A stretch of 64,000 bases of DNA from Candidatus Latescibacterota bacterium (lineage in GTDB: Bacteria > Latescibacterota > UBA2968 > UBA8231): assembly GCA_965200315.1 (NCBI GenBank), contig OZ241362.1, positions 5,056,001 to 5,120,000 on the forward strand, in the 5' to 3' direction. Positions 20,801-29,069 of this stretch are shown piece after piece. The notes under the pieces were generated by a model that was not told the DNA's origin, made no database searches, and saw only the letters and a program-made list of their open reading frames with translations. Each line of letters opens with the position of its first letter. The first letter of the stretch is position 1. The position numbers and the translations under genes were made by a program.

Positions 20801-21089
20801 CGATGCCTTGGATTTGTACGCCAGCGGCGAGCGCTTGGGTTGTGGCGTGCCGGGCGCTGCCGTTGAGGAGGATAGCCGGCGCGTGGCCTCCAAGCAGTTC
20901 GCTGCGGAAGAAGTGCGCGGCCACTAGCGAGTAGTCGATGCGACCTAGGCGCTCCAAAGCCAAGTCGCGCAGGCTGCCGCGCATGGAGTCGCCAACTAGG
21001 AGAGCGCCGGTCAGGGCGGTTGTGGCGACAGCAGTGCCCAGCAGCAGCCCTAGGTGAACCCGCCAGTAGTAGATCAGGCTTCGACGCAC
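17832..21089 (-). CDS. Large FtsX/MacB-type ABC transporter permease with duplicated domains
   Basis: 1085 aa; two FtsX-like ends (EQRAREAGLLLATG, ERSGELAALSACG); overlaps the ATPase gene. Confidence 0.85.
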   Translation of the reverse strand: MRRSLIYYWRVHLGLLLGTAVATTALTGALLVGDSMRGSLRDLALERLGRIDYSLVAAHFFRSELLGGHAPAILLNGSARHATTQALAAGVQIQGIDSRFTALFPDSGEALRDALKPTPGQPFPPLAVSASLQRALGLELGDAVLLSLESPSPTYRESLFGRRATIDIVTTLRVVLTGVLPDSGVGRFGLRPHQHLPLNAYLNLQDLQRTLDQQDRVNTLLIAAPNSQHQDLQHALAQHLTLADYKLDLALHSNYIELTSTRFVLDDSTRAALTSAAALQLKTATFSTYLANAILANDRQVPYSTVTALDDPTGLYLADGRPAPPLAADALYLDAWTAQDLTAAPGDSISLTYYVVGPRHELRTEQAHFRLQGIVQMRGLAIDPTLTPEYPGLQAEGDMAAWDAPFPIDLGQIRPRDEAYWDQYGAAPKAFVAAHTGQHLWRSRHGALTAIRFYPSSSAQYESLHQDLLAHLSPTAAGFSLRPVRQEALLASTGATDFGGLFIGFSLFLIAAAALLVVLLCKFGLEQRAREAGLLLATGYPLTAVGRRFLGEGIALAGLGSLLGLAGAPLYAYLMLVGLHTLWLDAIGTPFLHLHVSSLSLGVGYLSTLLLVSLALWRTVQRFHRLPVRALLAGALDTAPQLPRRRSSVLAAFGLVIALTLSILAGMADAATAAALFLGSGAAALLALLALFAVWLRTPTVSRLSSSLGLGLLNSSRKPSRSTLCTSLVACATFVIVAAGAHRQVEWSDDPGPGGFSLVAEAEIPLLQDLNSADGRFELGLATDLDDAHFFPFRVLPGDDVSCRNLYIPQTPRILGAPAEFVQLGRLPFRQTLPLTPAERTNPWRLLQRDLGPGVIPAIGDFNSAQWILHKRLGDDIPIAEGLAVRLVGLLDGSLFQSELLIAEDRFAAHFPAREGYGYFLVETEQPAAVAAALERELAAYGLDATLSAEHLRGYRAVENTYLTTFQTLGLLGLLLGTLGLGVLILRNVLERSGELAALSACGFGRARLGAMLLYEHGFLLLAGAGIGSAAALIAVAPRLFDPAPLPWASLGISLGLVFAAGLLACGVAAHWALRRPLLAALKAE

Positions 21090-21751
21090 GTCCCCTCGTG
21101 TAGCTGTAGGCGGCGGTCGCAGCGCGCCGCTAGCTCAAGGTCGTGGGTTGCAATGACGAGGGCGGCTTGCTCGGCGCGATGGAGCGCGAAGAGCAAGCCG
21201 GCGACGGTGGTGGCCGTCTGGCGGTCGAGGCTGCCGGTCGGCTCGTCGCAGAGCAAGAGACCGGGCTGGTTGATCAAGGCACGCGCCACAGCCACACGCT
21301 GGCACTCGCCGCCGGATAGCTCGGCGGGGCGGTGGTGTAGGCGCTCTGCTAGGCCGACGGCGGTCAAGAGGTCGCGGGCGCGTTCGCGTCGGTCGGGTTG
21401 GGGAAAGGCGAGGGTGGGGATTAGGGCGTTTTCGAGGGCCGAGTACTGAGGCAGCAGGTGGTGATTTTGGAAGACGAAGCCGATGTGCTGGTTGCGGAAG
21501 CGGGCGAGTTGCGGTTCGGGGAGGGCTAGTGGATTCTGGCCGCTGATGGCGATTTGGCCCGAGCTCGGCGGTTCGAGGGTGCCGAGCAGGTGCAGTAAGG
21601 TGCTCTTGCCCGAGCCGGACGGACCGATAAGCGCCAAGGACTGGCCCACTTCGACGCACAGTGAGACGCCGCGCAGCACGGCGACGGTCTGGTCGCCGAG
21701 GGCGAAGTGTTTGCAGACGGCGGCTGCGGAGAGGGCCGGGGCTGCGTTCAT
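21074..21751 (-). CDS. ABC transporter ATP-binding protein (LolD/MacB-like)
   Basis: GPSGSGKST, LSGGE, LLCDEPTGSLD and ATHD; start at ATG 21751 overlaps the upstream stop. Confidence 0.92.
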   Translation of the reverse strand: MNAAPALSAAAVCKHFALGDQTVAVLRGVSLCVEVGQSLALIGPSGSGKSTLLHLLGTLEPPSSGQIAISGQNPLALPEPQLARFRNQHIGFVFQNHHLLPQYSALENALIPTLAFPQPDRRERARDLLTAVGLAERLHHRPAELSGGECQRVAVARALINQPGLLLCDEPTGSLDRQTATTVAGLLFALHRAEQAALVIATHDLELAARCDRRLQLHEGTCVEA

Positions 21752-22164
21752 GGGTGTGCCGCCAGTTTGCGGGTGATAAAGTCTGGGATGGGGATGGCGC
21801 GGATAGCCTCGCCCGGGTTGCAGATGCAGCAAGCGACCTTGAGCCGCCCTTGGGCTATTTGTTTGCCGCCGCAGTGGAAGTCGAAGCAAAAGCTAAGGGA
21901 TTTCTCGCCCTGCTTTTCGAGGTGGACGTGGATGTCGAGGACGTCTTCAAAAGAGACGGGGTGGAGGTACTCGCATTCGGCGACGAGGCGGGGCCAGCTA
22001 ATGATGTCGCCGTCTCGTTGGCTGTGGACGCTCAGGCCTAGGCTGCGCCAGAAGGCGTGCTCGGCCGCTTCCATGAAGACGAAAAAGCGCGCAAAGTGGA
22101 CGATGCCCGCCTGATCGGTATCGGCCCACTCGACGCGGCGGCAGGTGTGGAATTCGCCGGACAC
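21748..22164 (-). CDS. Hotdog-fold acyl-CoA thioesterase (4HBT/YbgC family)
   Basis: RVEWADTDQAGIVHF signature. Confidence 0.88.
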   Translation of the reverse strand: MSGEFHTCRRVEWADTDQAGIVHFARFFVFMEAAEHAFWRSLGLSVHSQRDGDIISWPRLVAECEYLHPVSFEDVLDIHVHLEKQGEKSLSFCFDFHCGGKQIAQGRLKVACCICNPGEAIRAIPIPDFITRKLAAHP

Positions 22165-22165
22165 G

Positions 22166-22636
22166 TCAGGTGCCGGGGCGGAAGAATGTGACTAGGCAGC
22201 CGCCCATAGCAGCCAAGACGATGCCGAGGACAAAGGGCCAGCGCACGGCGGCCCAGCCGCCCGCGGGTGGATGCACGAGCACGGCGACGACCGCGTTGAC
22301 GATGGGAGCACCGGCAAAGACGATGGACATGACCACGGCCGGCGTCCCCTTGGCCCCGAAGGCGAGGAGGACGCCCAACGCGCCGATGGCCCCGGCGATG
22401 CCAGCGGCCGTGGACCAGAACATGCCCTTGGCCGGGTAGAGCCAGCTCGCGCCATTGTAGGCTAGGACGATCAGCGAGCCAAAGACGGCGGTGAGTAGAT
22501 AGGCCAAGCCGACGAAGAGAAAGGCTTTGTAGCGGCCATTTACCGGGTCGGCCATGGCGATCTGGCCGGTGTGCAGCAAGACTCCGTAGAGGCCCCAGCT
22601 AGCCACGGTGAGGAGGGCGAAGACGAGCCAAGTCAT
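22166..22636 (-). CDS. Small EamA/DMT-like membrane protein
   Basis: About five hydrophobic helices; GAAAGGA SD before ATG 22636 (MTWLVFALL). Confidence 0.7.
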   Translation of the reverse strand: MTWLVFALLTVASWGLYGVLLHTGQIAMADPVNGRYKAFLFVGLAYLLTAVFGSLIVLAYNGASWLYPAKGMFWSTAAGIAGAIGALGVLLAFGAKGTPAVVMSIVFAGAPIVNAVVAVLVHPPAGGWAAVRWPFVLGIVLAAMGGCLVTFFRPGT

Positions 22637-22868
22637 GGAGATAATCCTTTCGCTGAGACGAGAAGAGAGAAGGTAGAGCCGTGAGAAAAGAGAGGGGCTG
22701 CAAACGTGCGTTGGTGCGTCTCTCGCCTCAAAGTCGTGATTGCTCTCAAGCACCTCTGCACTTGCAAACGTGCGGTTGGGCAGGGGGCTTTCACTCCTCA
22801 CTCCTCTTCAGACCAACCAAGTGCGTACCATCAGTAATGTCGGCAGAGGACTTGTCGCTGTCGAGAGA

Positions 22869-23888
22869 TCAATCGATCGCGATGAGGTTCTCAAAATGTA
22901 CCCCACAATCGCAGAGCGCTACGGGAATGTTGAATCGCTTCTCCAGTTCGTCGATGAGGTGTCGGACTGGTGAGGTCAACGCGCTGCGGTGGCGTGCGCC
23001 GGCGACCTCGGGGTCGAGGTGATCGCAGAAGGTCAGGGCCAATTGGGTGGGACCGTTGAGTAGGACGGCTGTTTCCAAATGGCCCCAAGAGATACCCGCG
23101 GCTTTGCGCCTCCGTCGCCCGGTCGTCACGCCGTATTCGGCGATGCCGCGGCGGTCTTCCTCGGCCGGTGCCAGTTGTAGCGGTAGGGGCCCCGTGCCGA
23201 CGCGGCTAGGCAGTGCTTTGACCACCAAGCAGACTTCTTCGATATGACGCCAGTTGAGTCCGACGTCATCGGCAAAGGCGGTGGTGGTACAGTTGTCTGA
23301 GGTGCAGTCGGGGTAGTCATCGCTCAGGGCTAGCGACAGGTGAGTGCCTTGGCTGCCCTCGACGACGATGGTTTCGCCGCGCAGGCAGCTCTCGTTGAGC
23401 TCGCGGGCCACGTCGGCGGTGTAATCGGCGAGGCGAGGCTCGTCGCGGGCTTGGCGGGCTTGGCGCAAGGCGAATTCGGCGCGGGCCACGCCGCTGCCGC
23501 TGCCGGTGGTGCCGTGTTCCTGCAGAAAGCTGTCGTCCGCTTCGCGTTGGCGGTACTCGGGCAGGATCAGCGGGCAGCGGTAATCGACGCGGGTCCGCTC
23601 GCGCAGCCCATAGCTTGGGTCTAGCTGGTCGAGTTCGGCGCAGAACAGCTCGGGATCGACGGCGACGCCGCTGCCGATGCGCAGTTGCGAGTCGGGATGG
23701 AGAAAGCCGCAGGGTAGCTGCCGAGTGCGGATTGCGCGGCCGTCGGCAAAGAGGATGCTGTGCCCGGCGTTGGTGCCGATCCCAGCGCGGACGCTGTAGG
23801 CGGCTTGGTGTTTTTGTGCGAGGAAGGCGGCGACCTTGCCTTTACCCGAATCGCCCCAGAAGGCGTCGACGACGATGATGGCGCTCAT
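22869..23888 (-). CDS. purA: Adenylosuccinate synthetase, short archaeal-type form (339 aa)
   Basis: WGDSGKGK, TNAGH, GTTGSG, EGSQG and EYGVTTGRRRR motifs; AAGGAGG SD. Confidence 0.8.
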   Translation of the reverse strand: MSAIIVVDAFWGDSGKGKVAAFLAQKHQAAYSVRAGIGTNAGHSILFADGRAIRTRQLPCGFLHPDSQLRIGSGVAVDPELFCAELDQLDPSYGLRERTRVDYRCPLILPEYRQREADDSFLQEHGTTGSGSGVARAEFALRQARQARDEPRLADYTADVARELNESCLRGETIVVEGSQGTHLSLALSDDYPDCTSDNCTTTAFADDVGLNWRHIEEVCLVVKALPSRVGTGPLPLQLAPAEEDRRGIAEYGVTTGRRRRKAAGISWGHLETAVLLNGPTQLALTFCDHLDPEVAGARHRSALTSPVRHLIDELEKRFNIPVALCDCGVHFENLIAID

Positions 23889-23931
23889 AGCGCACCTCCT
23901 TTAAAGAGTGAATTGGTTGACGCTCCTGACG

Positions 23932-23963
23932 ATAAGCGAAATTGTAGCATAAGTGAAATTTAT
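23932..23963. promoter_or_regulatory. Putative LysR-type operator in the divergent purA/lysR promoter
   Basis: ATAAGTGAAATTTAT (23949-23963) is a T-N11-A box with ATAA/TTAT dyad; a related ATAAGCGAAATT lies 17 bp away at 23932. Confidence 0.55.
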
Positions 23964-24006
23964 ATATCTTATTTTTAGAATAATTGATATAAATGAAGGA
24001 TTCCGA

Positions 24007-24900
24007 ATGGACCTCTACCAATTGCGCAGTTTCTACGAAATCGTCCGCGAGCAGAGCTTTACGCGGGCGGCCGACAAGCTCTTTCTGACGCAGCCGGCCA
24101 TCAGCCTCCAGCTCAAGGCACTGGAGAACGAACTGGACGAGATGCTACTCGAGCGCAATCGGCGGCAGCTCCGGCTGACGCCGGCCGGTGAGCTCCTCTT
24201 TGCTCATGCGAAGGCGGTTCTCGCCCAGCAGGAGAAAGTGTGCTCCGATATTGCGGCGCTCAGGCAGGTCTTGCGTGGGCGGCTGGCAATCGGGACTAGC
24301 GATACCAACTGCACCTATGTTTTGCCCAGCGTGCTCGCCGAGTTCCGCGCCCGCTACCCGGCGGTCGAGTTGGATGTCCGCAATCGAATGTCGCCGGAGG
24401 TGAGCAACCTAGTGCTCAACGACGAAGTGGCGTTCGGGTTGGCGACCTTGCCGGTCAAGCACCGCGATTTGGTCAGCGAGTCGCTTTTTGAACGGCGGGA
24501 TGTGCTTATTTGCCCCCCGGACCACGCGCTGGGCAAAAGGCGCAGGATAGGGCTCAAACAGCTTGCCGAATATCCGTTCCTAGTCTTGGAACGCGGCAGC
24601 ACGAGCCGGCAGTTGATCGACGCGGTTTTCCAACGGCAGGGCTTGGCGTTGCAGGTCGAAATGACGCTCGGCGGGGTCGAGATTATCAAGCGCTACGTGG
24701 AGATAGGGTTGGGTATTGCGCTGGTGCCGGAGGTGGCGGTGGAAGCAGAAGTCGCCGCCGGGAAAGTACGCGCCATACAGGTCAGTGGATTGGCCAAACG
24801 CCAAATAGGTCTCATTGAGCACCGGCAGCGACGGCGTTCACCGGCGACGGAGGCTTTCTTGGGGCTTTTGCGCGAATTTGTTGCGGCTAGGAAGATTTAA
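24007..24900 (+). CDS. LysR-family transcriptional regulator
   Basis: SFTRAADKLFLTQPAISLQLKALE HTH; LERGSTSR; start at ATG 24007. Confidence 0.93.
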   Translation: MDLYQLRSFYEIVREQSFTRAADKLFLTQPAISLQLKALENELDEMLLERNRRQLRLTPAGELLFAHAKAVLAQQEKVCSDIAALRQVLRGRLAIGTSDTNCTYVLPSVLAEFRARYPAVELDVRNRMSPEVSNLVLNDEVAFGLATLPVKHRDLVSESLFERRDVLICPPDHALGKRRRIGLKQLAEYPFLVLERGSTSRQLIDAVFQRQGLALQVEMTLGGVEIIKRYVEIGLGIALVPEVAVEAEVAAGKVRAIQVSGLAKRQIGLIEHRQRRRSPATEAFLGLLREFVAARKI

Positions 24901-24910
24901 TCCGCAGATG
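24869..24910 (+). repeat. Direct repeat A, copy 1 (42 bp, covers the lysR 3' end)
   Basis: TGCGCGAATTTGTTGCGGCTAGGAAGATTTAATCCGCAGATG matches 26255-26296 with one mismatch. Confidence 0.9.
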
Positions 24911-24946
24911 AACGCAGATGGACGCAGAGTGCTTGCTGGGATGTCG

Positions 24947-24969
24947 TTCCCGCGCTCCGCAAGCGGGAA
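24947..24969. repeat. Short palindrome (REP-like hairpin or terminator)
   Basis: TTCCCGC-N9-GCGGGAA between convergent genes. Confidence 0.45.
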
Positions 24970-25016
24970 TCCAGTTTGGGTACAGTCTCTAAGTGCCATT
25001 TCTGTTGTTGTCGACT

Positions 25017-26207
25017 TCAAATAGCAAACCACGGCTGCACCGCCACTTTGTTGCGCCGGTACGCACGGTCGCCGCCGTAGATCAGCGAAGCATTCGCAAG
25101 GTCCTGTCCGGCGGTGCGGCTCCACCATGTAAGTGTGGTGAACGCATCGGCACTGACCGTTTGGCCAGACTTGATCTCAATCGGGTAGAGTGCCGATCCC
25201 TGTTCCACCAGCAGATCGACCTCGTGGCCGGTGCGGTCGCGCCAAAAATACAGCGGAGGCTTCTGGCGGTGGTGGTGGAAGGCTTTGGCCGCTTCGGCGA
25301 CTTGGTAATTTTCAAAAAGGGGGCCGCGCAATGGATGGGTGGGCAGCACCCGGGGGTCTTTTATGCCCAGCAAATAACAGGCAAGGCCGGTGTCGTAGAA
25401 GTACAGCTTGGGACTTTTGATCATCCGCTTGTTGAAGTTGCGGTAATGCGGCGGCAGCAGAAAGACGACAAAGCTGGTTTTCAAAACGGATATCCAGCGA
25501 CGTGCCGTATCTACGGCGATGCCGCAATCGCTGGCTAGTGCCGCGCAGTTGAGTACCTGCCCGACCCGACCGGCGCACAAAGCCAAAAATCGCTCAAAGG
25601 CATCCATGTTGCCGATATTGACTAGTGAACGCACGTCGCGTTCGAGATAGGTTTGCACGTAGTCGGGGAGCCATATTGCGGGCGGGATGCGCTGGTCGTG
25701 AATTCGCGGATAGAAGCCGGTGTAGAGGGTCTGCCATAGCTGGAGATGGGTCTTGCGACTGGCCAATAACGTCGCGGGGGTTTCGGGCACCGGCTGGACT
25801 TGGCCTTCGAGTTCGGCACGCGAAAGCGGCAACAGGTGCAAAACGGCGCAACGGCCCGCCAAGGTCTGCACAATGCGATCCATGAGCAGGAAATTCTGCG
25901 AACCGGTCAGCACAAATCGGCCCGTGCTACCGTCTGCGTCAACTCTGCTCTGGATATAGGAAAACAACTCGGGCACCCGCTGGGCTTCGTCCAAAATGAC
26001 CGGGCCGTCGAGTTGGTCGAGGAATCCTCGGGGATCCTCTAAGGCAAAGAGGCGTTGGTCGGGGTCTTCCAAGGAGTAGTAGCTATGCTGGGGGAAGGTC
26101 GCTCTGGCTAAGGTCGTCTTGCCGGACTGGCGCGGGCCGGTGAGGGTAAGCACCGGGTACAAGCGGGCATCGCGCAAAAGATACTGTTGTAGGGTTCGCC
26201 TAATCAT
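25017..26207 (-). CDS. AAA_14 ATPase with a DUF4143 (restriction-nuclease-like) C-terminus
   Basis: GPRQSGKT, ILDEAQ, LTGS, KSPKLYFYDTG, EVDLL...IEIK. Confidence 0.88.
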   Translation of the reverse strand: MIRRTLQQYLLRDARLYPVLTLTGPRQSGKTTLARATFPQHSYYSLEDPDQRLFALEDPRGFLDQLDGPVILDEAQRVPELFSYIQSRVDADGSTGRFVLTGSQNFLLMDRIVQTLAGRCAVLHLLPLSRAELEGQVQPVPETPATLLASRKTHLQLWQTLYTGFYPRIHDQRIPPAIWLPDYVQTYLERDVRSLVNIGNMDAFERFLALCAGRVGQVLNCAALASDCGIAVDTARRWISVLKTSFVVFLLPPHYRNFNKRMIKSPKLYFYDTGLACYLLGIKDPRVLPTHPLRGPLFENYQVAEAAKAFHHHRQKPPLYFWRDRTGHEVDLLVEQGSALYPIEIKSGQTVSADAFTTLTWWSRTAGQDLANASLIYGGDRAYRRNKVAVQPWFAI

Positions 26208-26213
26208 CTGGCG

Positions 26214-26242
26214 AATCTACGATTGAATCGTAAATCTGTCAA
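26214..26242 (-). promoter_or_regulatory. Sigma70-type promoter, probably leaderless, for the AAA_14 gene
   Basis: TTGACA (26242-26237), 17-nt spacer, TAGATT (26219-26214), then 6 nt to ATG 26207. Confidence 0.65.
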
Positions 26243-26254
26243 AGCACCATCTCC

Positions 26255-26304
26255 TGCGCGAATTTGTTGCGGCTGGGAAGATTTAATCCGCAGATGGACG
26301 CAGA
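26255..26304 (+). repeat. Direct repeat A, copy 2
   Basis: TGCGCGAATTTGTTGCGGCTGGGAAGATTTAATCCGCAGATGGACGCAGA. Confidence 0.9.
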
Positions 26305-26327
26305 ATGATGCTTTAGCTTTGGGAGTG

Positions 26328-27611
26328 CTACAGATACTGCTCGTACACGGCGAGCGTCCCCGCGGCCATAGCATCGGCGTGGAAGCGACGGTGGACCGCC
26401 TCTTGGCCGGTTTGTCCGAGCTGGCGTCGCCGCTTTTCGTCGCGCAGCAAGGCGGCCAGTTCAGTGGCTAGGGCTTCTGCAGAATGGGGGGCGACGAGGA
26501 GACCGCCGCCGGTGGCCGCGATGAGTTCGGGGAATGCGCCGTGGTCGGGCTGGATGACCGGGATGCCGTTGGCTAAGGCTTCGAGGATAGACAGCCCCTT
26601 GGGATCGGCGTACACCGAGGGTACGGAAAAGACGTGGAGCGAGGAGAGGAAGCGGATTTTTTCGCGGCGGTCAACTTCGCCGTGGTAGGTGAACGAGTCG
26701 GCTAGCCCCCAGTCGCGGATTTTTTGCACCTGCTCGGCGAAGTAGGGCTTGTCGTAGGCACTGAGGTAGCCCGCGGCTTCGAGGCGCAGGGAGGCAAATT
26801 CGGGCTGCTCCTTTAACTGCTGAAAGGCATTGACGAGCAGGTGAAAGCCCTTTTCCGGGCAGATGCGGGCGAGGTAGCCGATTTTGTAGGGGCCGTCGGC
26901 GGGCGGGGGCTCTTGCCCGTGTCCGATCAGGTTGAGGCCGAGCGGCACCACGTGGATTTTTGTGTGTGGTATCTGCAGGTACGCGGCCATCTGCTCTTGG
27001 TAATACGCGCACGGGGCGATGAAGGCGTCGATGTCTTGGGCGCGTTGGCGCAGGGTTTTCAGGGCTTGAGACTTCGAGGGTTCGACTAGGCTGTCTAAGA
27101 ATAGGTCCTCGCCTTGGAGGGCGCAGAGGACCGGGACGCCGAGTTGTGCTTTTAATTGCCGGGCCATGCCGACGAACATGGCGTTGGTTAGCTCGATGAT
27201 GTCGGGTTTGAAGTCGCGCTGGAGCCAGGCGATGAGGCGGGTGAGTTCCTTTTGTTGGTTCCCCTCCTCGCCGGCGAGGATTGAGACGGTGAGCGGGCCT
27301 AGCGAGCGGGCATTGGTAGAGGAGCCAAAACGCGCGAGGGTGCGGATCAGGAGCGGCGAGTCGAGGACGCGGTCGAAGAGGCGGTGTGTGCGGCGAAAAA
27401 ACGGCCATTGCTGTTGCAGGAAGATGCTGACGCCACCGTAGAAGACGCGGTCGAGCGCGACGTTTTCCTCGTCCGTGCGCAGCGGCGTATAGGTCGGGAT
27501 GAGGGCGACATCAACGTTGCGGTGCGAGAGGGCGGCCGCCAGCGCGTTGTCGTGAATGCAGCTACCGCAGTACATGCTGGCGGCACCGGCCGTGATGTAG
27601 GCGACGCGCAT
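26328..27611 (-). CDS. Glycosyltransferase family 4 (GT-B) with an N-terminal CxxC
   Basis: ARICPEKG and DPKGLSILEALANGIPV; N-terminal MYCGSCIHDN. Confidence 0.85.
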   Translation of the reverse strand: MRVAYITAGAASMYCGSCIHDNALAAALSHRNVDVALIPTYTPLRTDEENVALDRVFYGGVSIFLQQQWPFFRRTHRLFDRVLDSPLLIRTLARFGSSTNARSLGPLTVSILAGEEGNQQKELTRLIAWLQRDFKPDIIELTNAMFVGMARQLKAQLGVPVLCALQGEDLFLDSLVEPSKSQALKTLRQRAQDIDAFIAPCAYYQEQMAAYLQIPHTKIHVVPLGLNLIGHGQEPPPADGPYKIGYLARICPEKGFHLLVNAFQQLKEQPEFASLRLEAAGYLSAYDKPYFAEQVQKIRDWGLADSFTYHGEVDRREKIRFLSSLHVFSVPSVYADPKGLSILEALANGIPVIQPDHGAFPELIAATGGGLLVAPHSAEALATELAALLRDEKRRRQLGQTGQEAVHRRFHADAMAAGTLAVYEQYL

Positions 27612-27614
27612 GCG

Positions 27615-29069
27615 TTAGAAGAATTTATCGACGGTGCTTTTGGCCGGTGGCTTGGTCAGTAGCGAGCCGACGACCATGGCCACGGCCGAAGCCGCTAGGA
27701 TCACGGCTACGGGCATGACCCCGGTCATGCCGACCGTATAGCCGGGGACTTTCCACCCCTGAAAGAAGAAATAGCACCACAGCGCGGCCACGGTGAGCAC
27801 CGAGGCCAAGGCGCCGTACTGGGTACTGCGCTTCCAAAAAAGGGCGGCGACGACCACCGGAAAGAGCGCCGCAAAGCCGGTAAAGGACCACACAGCGAGG
27901 GCAAAGATGCTGCGGGCCGAGACCAGCGAGAGCACGTAGGTAACGGCTAAGATGGCGATCACGAAGAGGCGGCCCCACAGCACTTGGGCCTTTTCGCTCA
28001 ACTCGTCGCCCTTGCGGTAGTGGCGGACGATGTCTTGGGTGAACATGTTGCTGATGGAGAGCACCTGCGAGTCGAGCGAAGACATAATGGCGGCAAATAC
28101 TCCGGCGGCGAGCAGGCCGGCTAGGGCACCAGGGGCGTGTAGGTCGATCATCTTGACCAGCACCGAGTTGGCGGCCGCGCCTTTGAGGCCGGGGAAGTCA
28201 ATGCTGCCGAAGATCCCCAAGAGTACGCTGGGGATCCAGACGATGGCGATGCACAGGGGATACAGCATCAGCGGGTAGCGGAAGGTGCGGGCGCTTTGGG
28301 CGGTGAGCCAGTGGGTGAAGAGGTGGGGGAACATGCCCACCGACAGCGGGATGCAGGTGTAGGTTAGCAGTTTGATTGGGCTGATGAGGTCTCCTTTGAT
28401 CAGCAGCTCGGGGTGCGCTGCTGCTACTTGCGCTAGTGCGCTGTCTAGCCCGCCTAACTTATCGACGATGACGAAGAAGGTCGCGCCGCCCAAGACCATA
28501 AAGACTAGGGTTTGGAAGGCGTTGGCCCAGGCTGTGCTTCGCATGCCACCGAAACTGACGTAGGTCAGCACCACCAAGCAGATCAACAGGCCGCCGGCCC
28601 ATTGGGGAATCTGTCCCTTGGTTATTTGGGCGAGGGTGATGCCGCCGCCCATGACGCCGATGAGCAGGTAGGGGATCAGCAGCGCGATCATGACGACGAA
28701 GAGCAGCAGACCCAAGCCGTCGGAGTCCCAGCGGCGGCGGAAGTACTGGACCTGCGTGAGGAGATTGTGGCGCTTGCCGAGTGCCCAGATGCGGGTGCCG
28801 ATAAAGAAGAAAACCGCAGGGATAATCAGGGCCGCGCCCGAAGGCATCAGGGCAAAGACGCCGATACCGGTGTGATAGGCTTCGCCGGAGGCCCCCAAGA
28901 TGGCAAACGCGGTCATGTTGGTGCCAAACAGCGACATCAGCAGCAGGAAGGGGCCGATGGAGCGGCTGGCGACAAAATAGTCCTCGCCCGTGCCGCGAAA
29001 GAAGCGATTGGAGAGGACGCCGATGCAGAGGACTAGGCCGAGGTAGCAGAAGATGATGACTGTGGTCAT
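27615..29069 (-). CDS. Sodium:solute symporter (SSS) family protein
   Basis: DYFVASRSIG, GGMRSTAW and AAIMSSLDSQ; start ATG 29069 overlaps the upstream stop. Confidence 0.9.
   Translation of the reverse strand: MTTVIIFCYLGLVLCIGVLSNRFFRGTGEDYFVASRSIGPFLLLMSLFGTNMTAFAILGASGEAYHTGIGVFALMPSGAALIIPAVFFFIGTRIWALGKRHNLLTQVQYFRRRWDSDGLGLLLFVVMIALLIPYLLIGVMGGGITLAQITKGQIPQWAGGLLICLVVLTYVSFGGMRSTAWANAFQTLVFMVLGGATFFVIVDKLGGLDSALAQVAAAHPELLIKGDLISPIKLLTYTCIPLSVGMFPHLFTHWLTAQSARTFRYPLMLYPLCIAIVWIPSVLLGIFGSIDFPGLKGAAANSVLVKMIDLHAPGALAGLLAAGVFAAIMSSLDSQVLSISNMFTQDIVRHYRKGDELSEKAQVLWGRLFVIAILAVTYVLSLVSARSIFALAVWSFTGFAALFPVVVAALFWKRSTQYGALASVLTVAALWCYFFFQGWKVPGYTVGMTGVMPVAVILAASAVAMVVGSLLTKPPAKSTVDKFF

Noticed and set aside
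22869-23888. PurZ (2-aminoadenine pathway)
   Set aside because: PurZ has Ser at the catalytic Asp position; here the Asp is retained (WGDSGKG), and there is no phage context or dATPase/MazZ neighbour.
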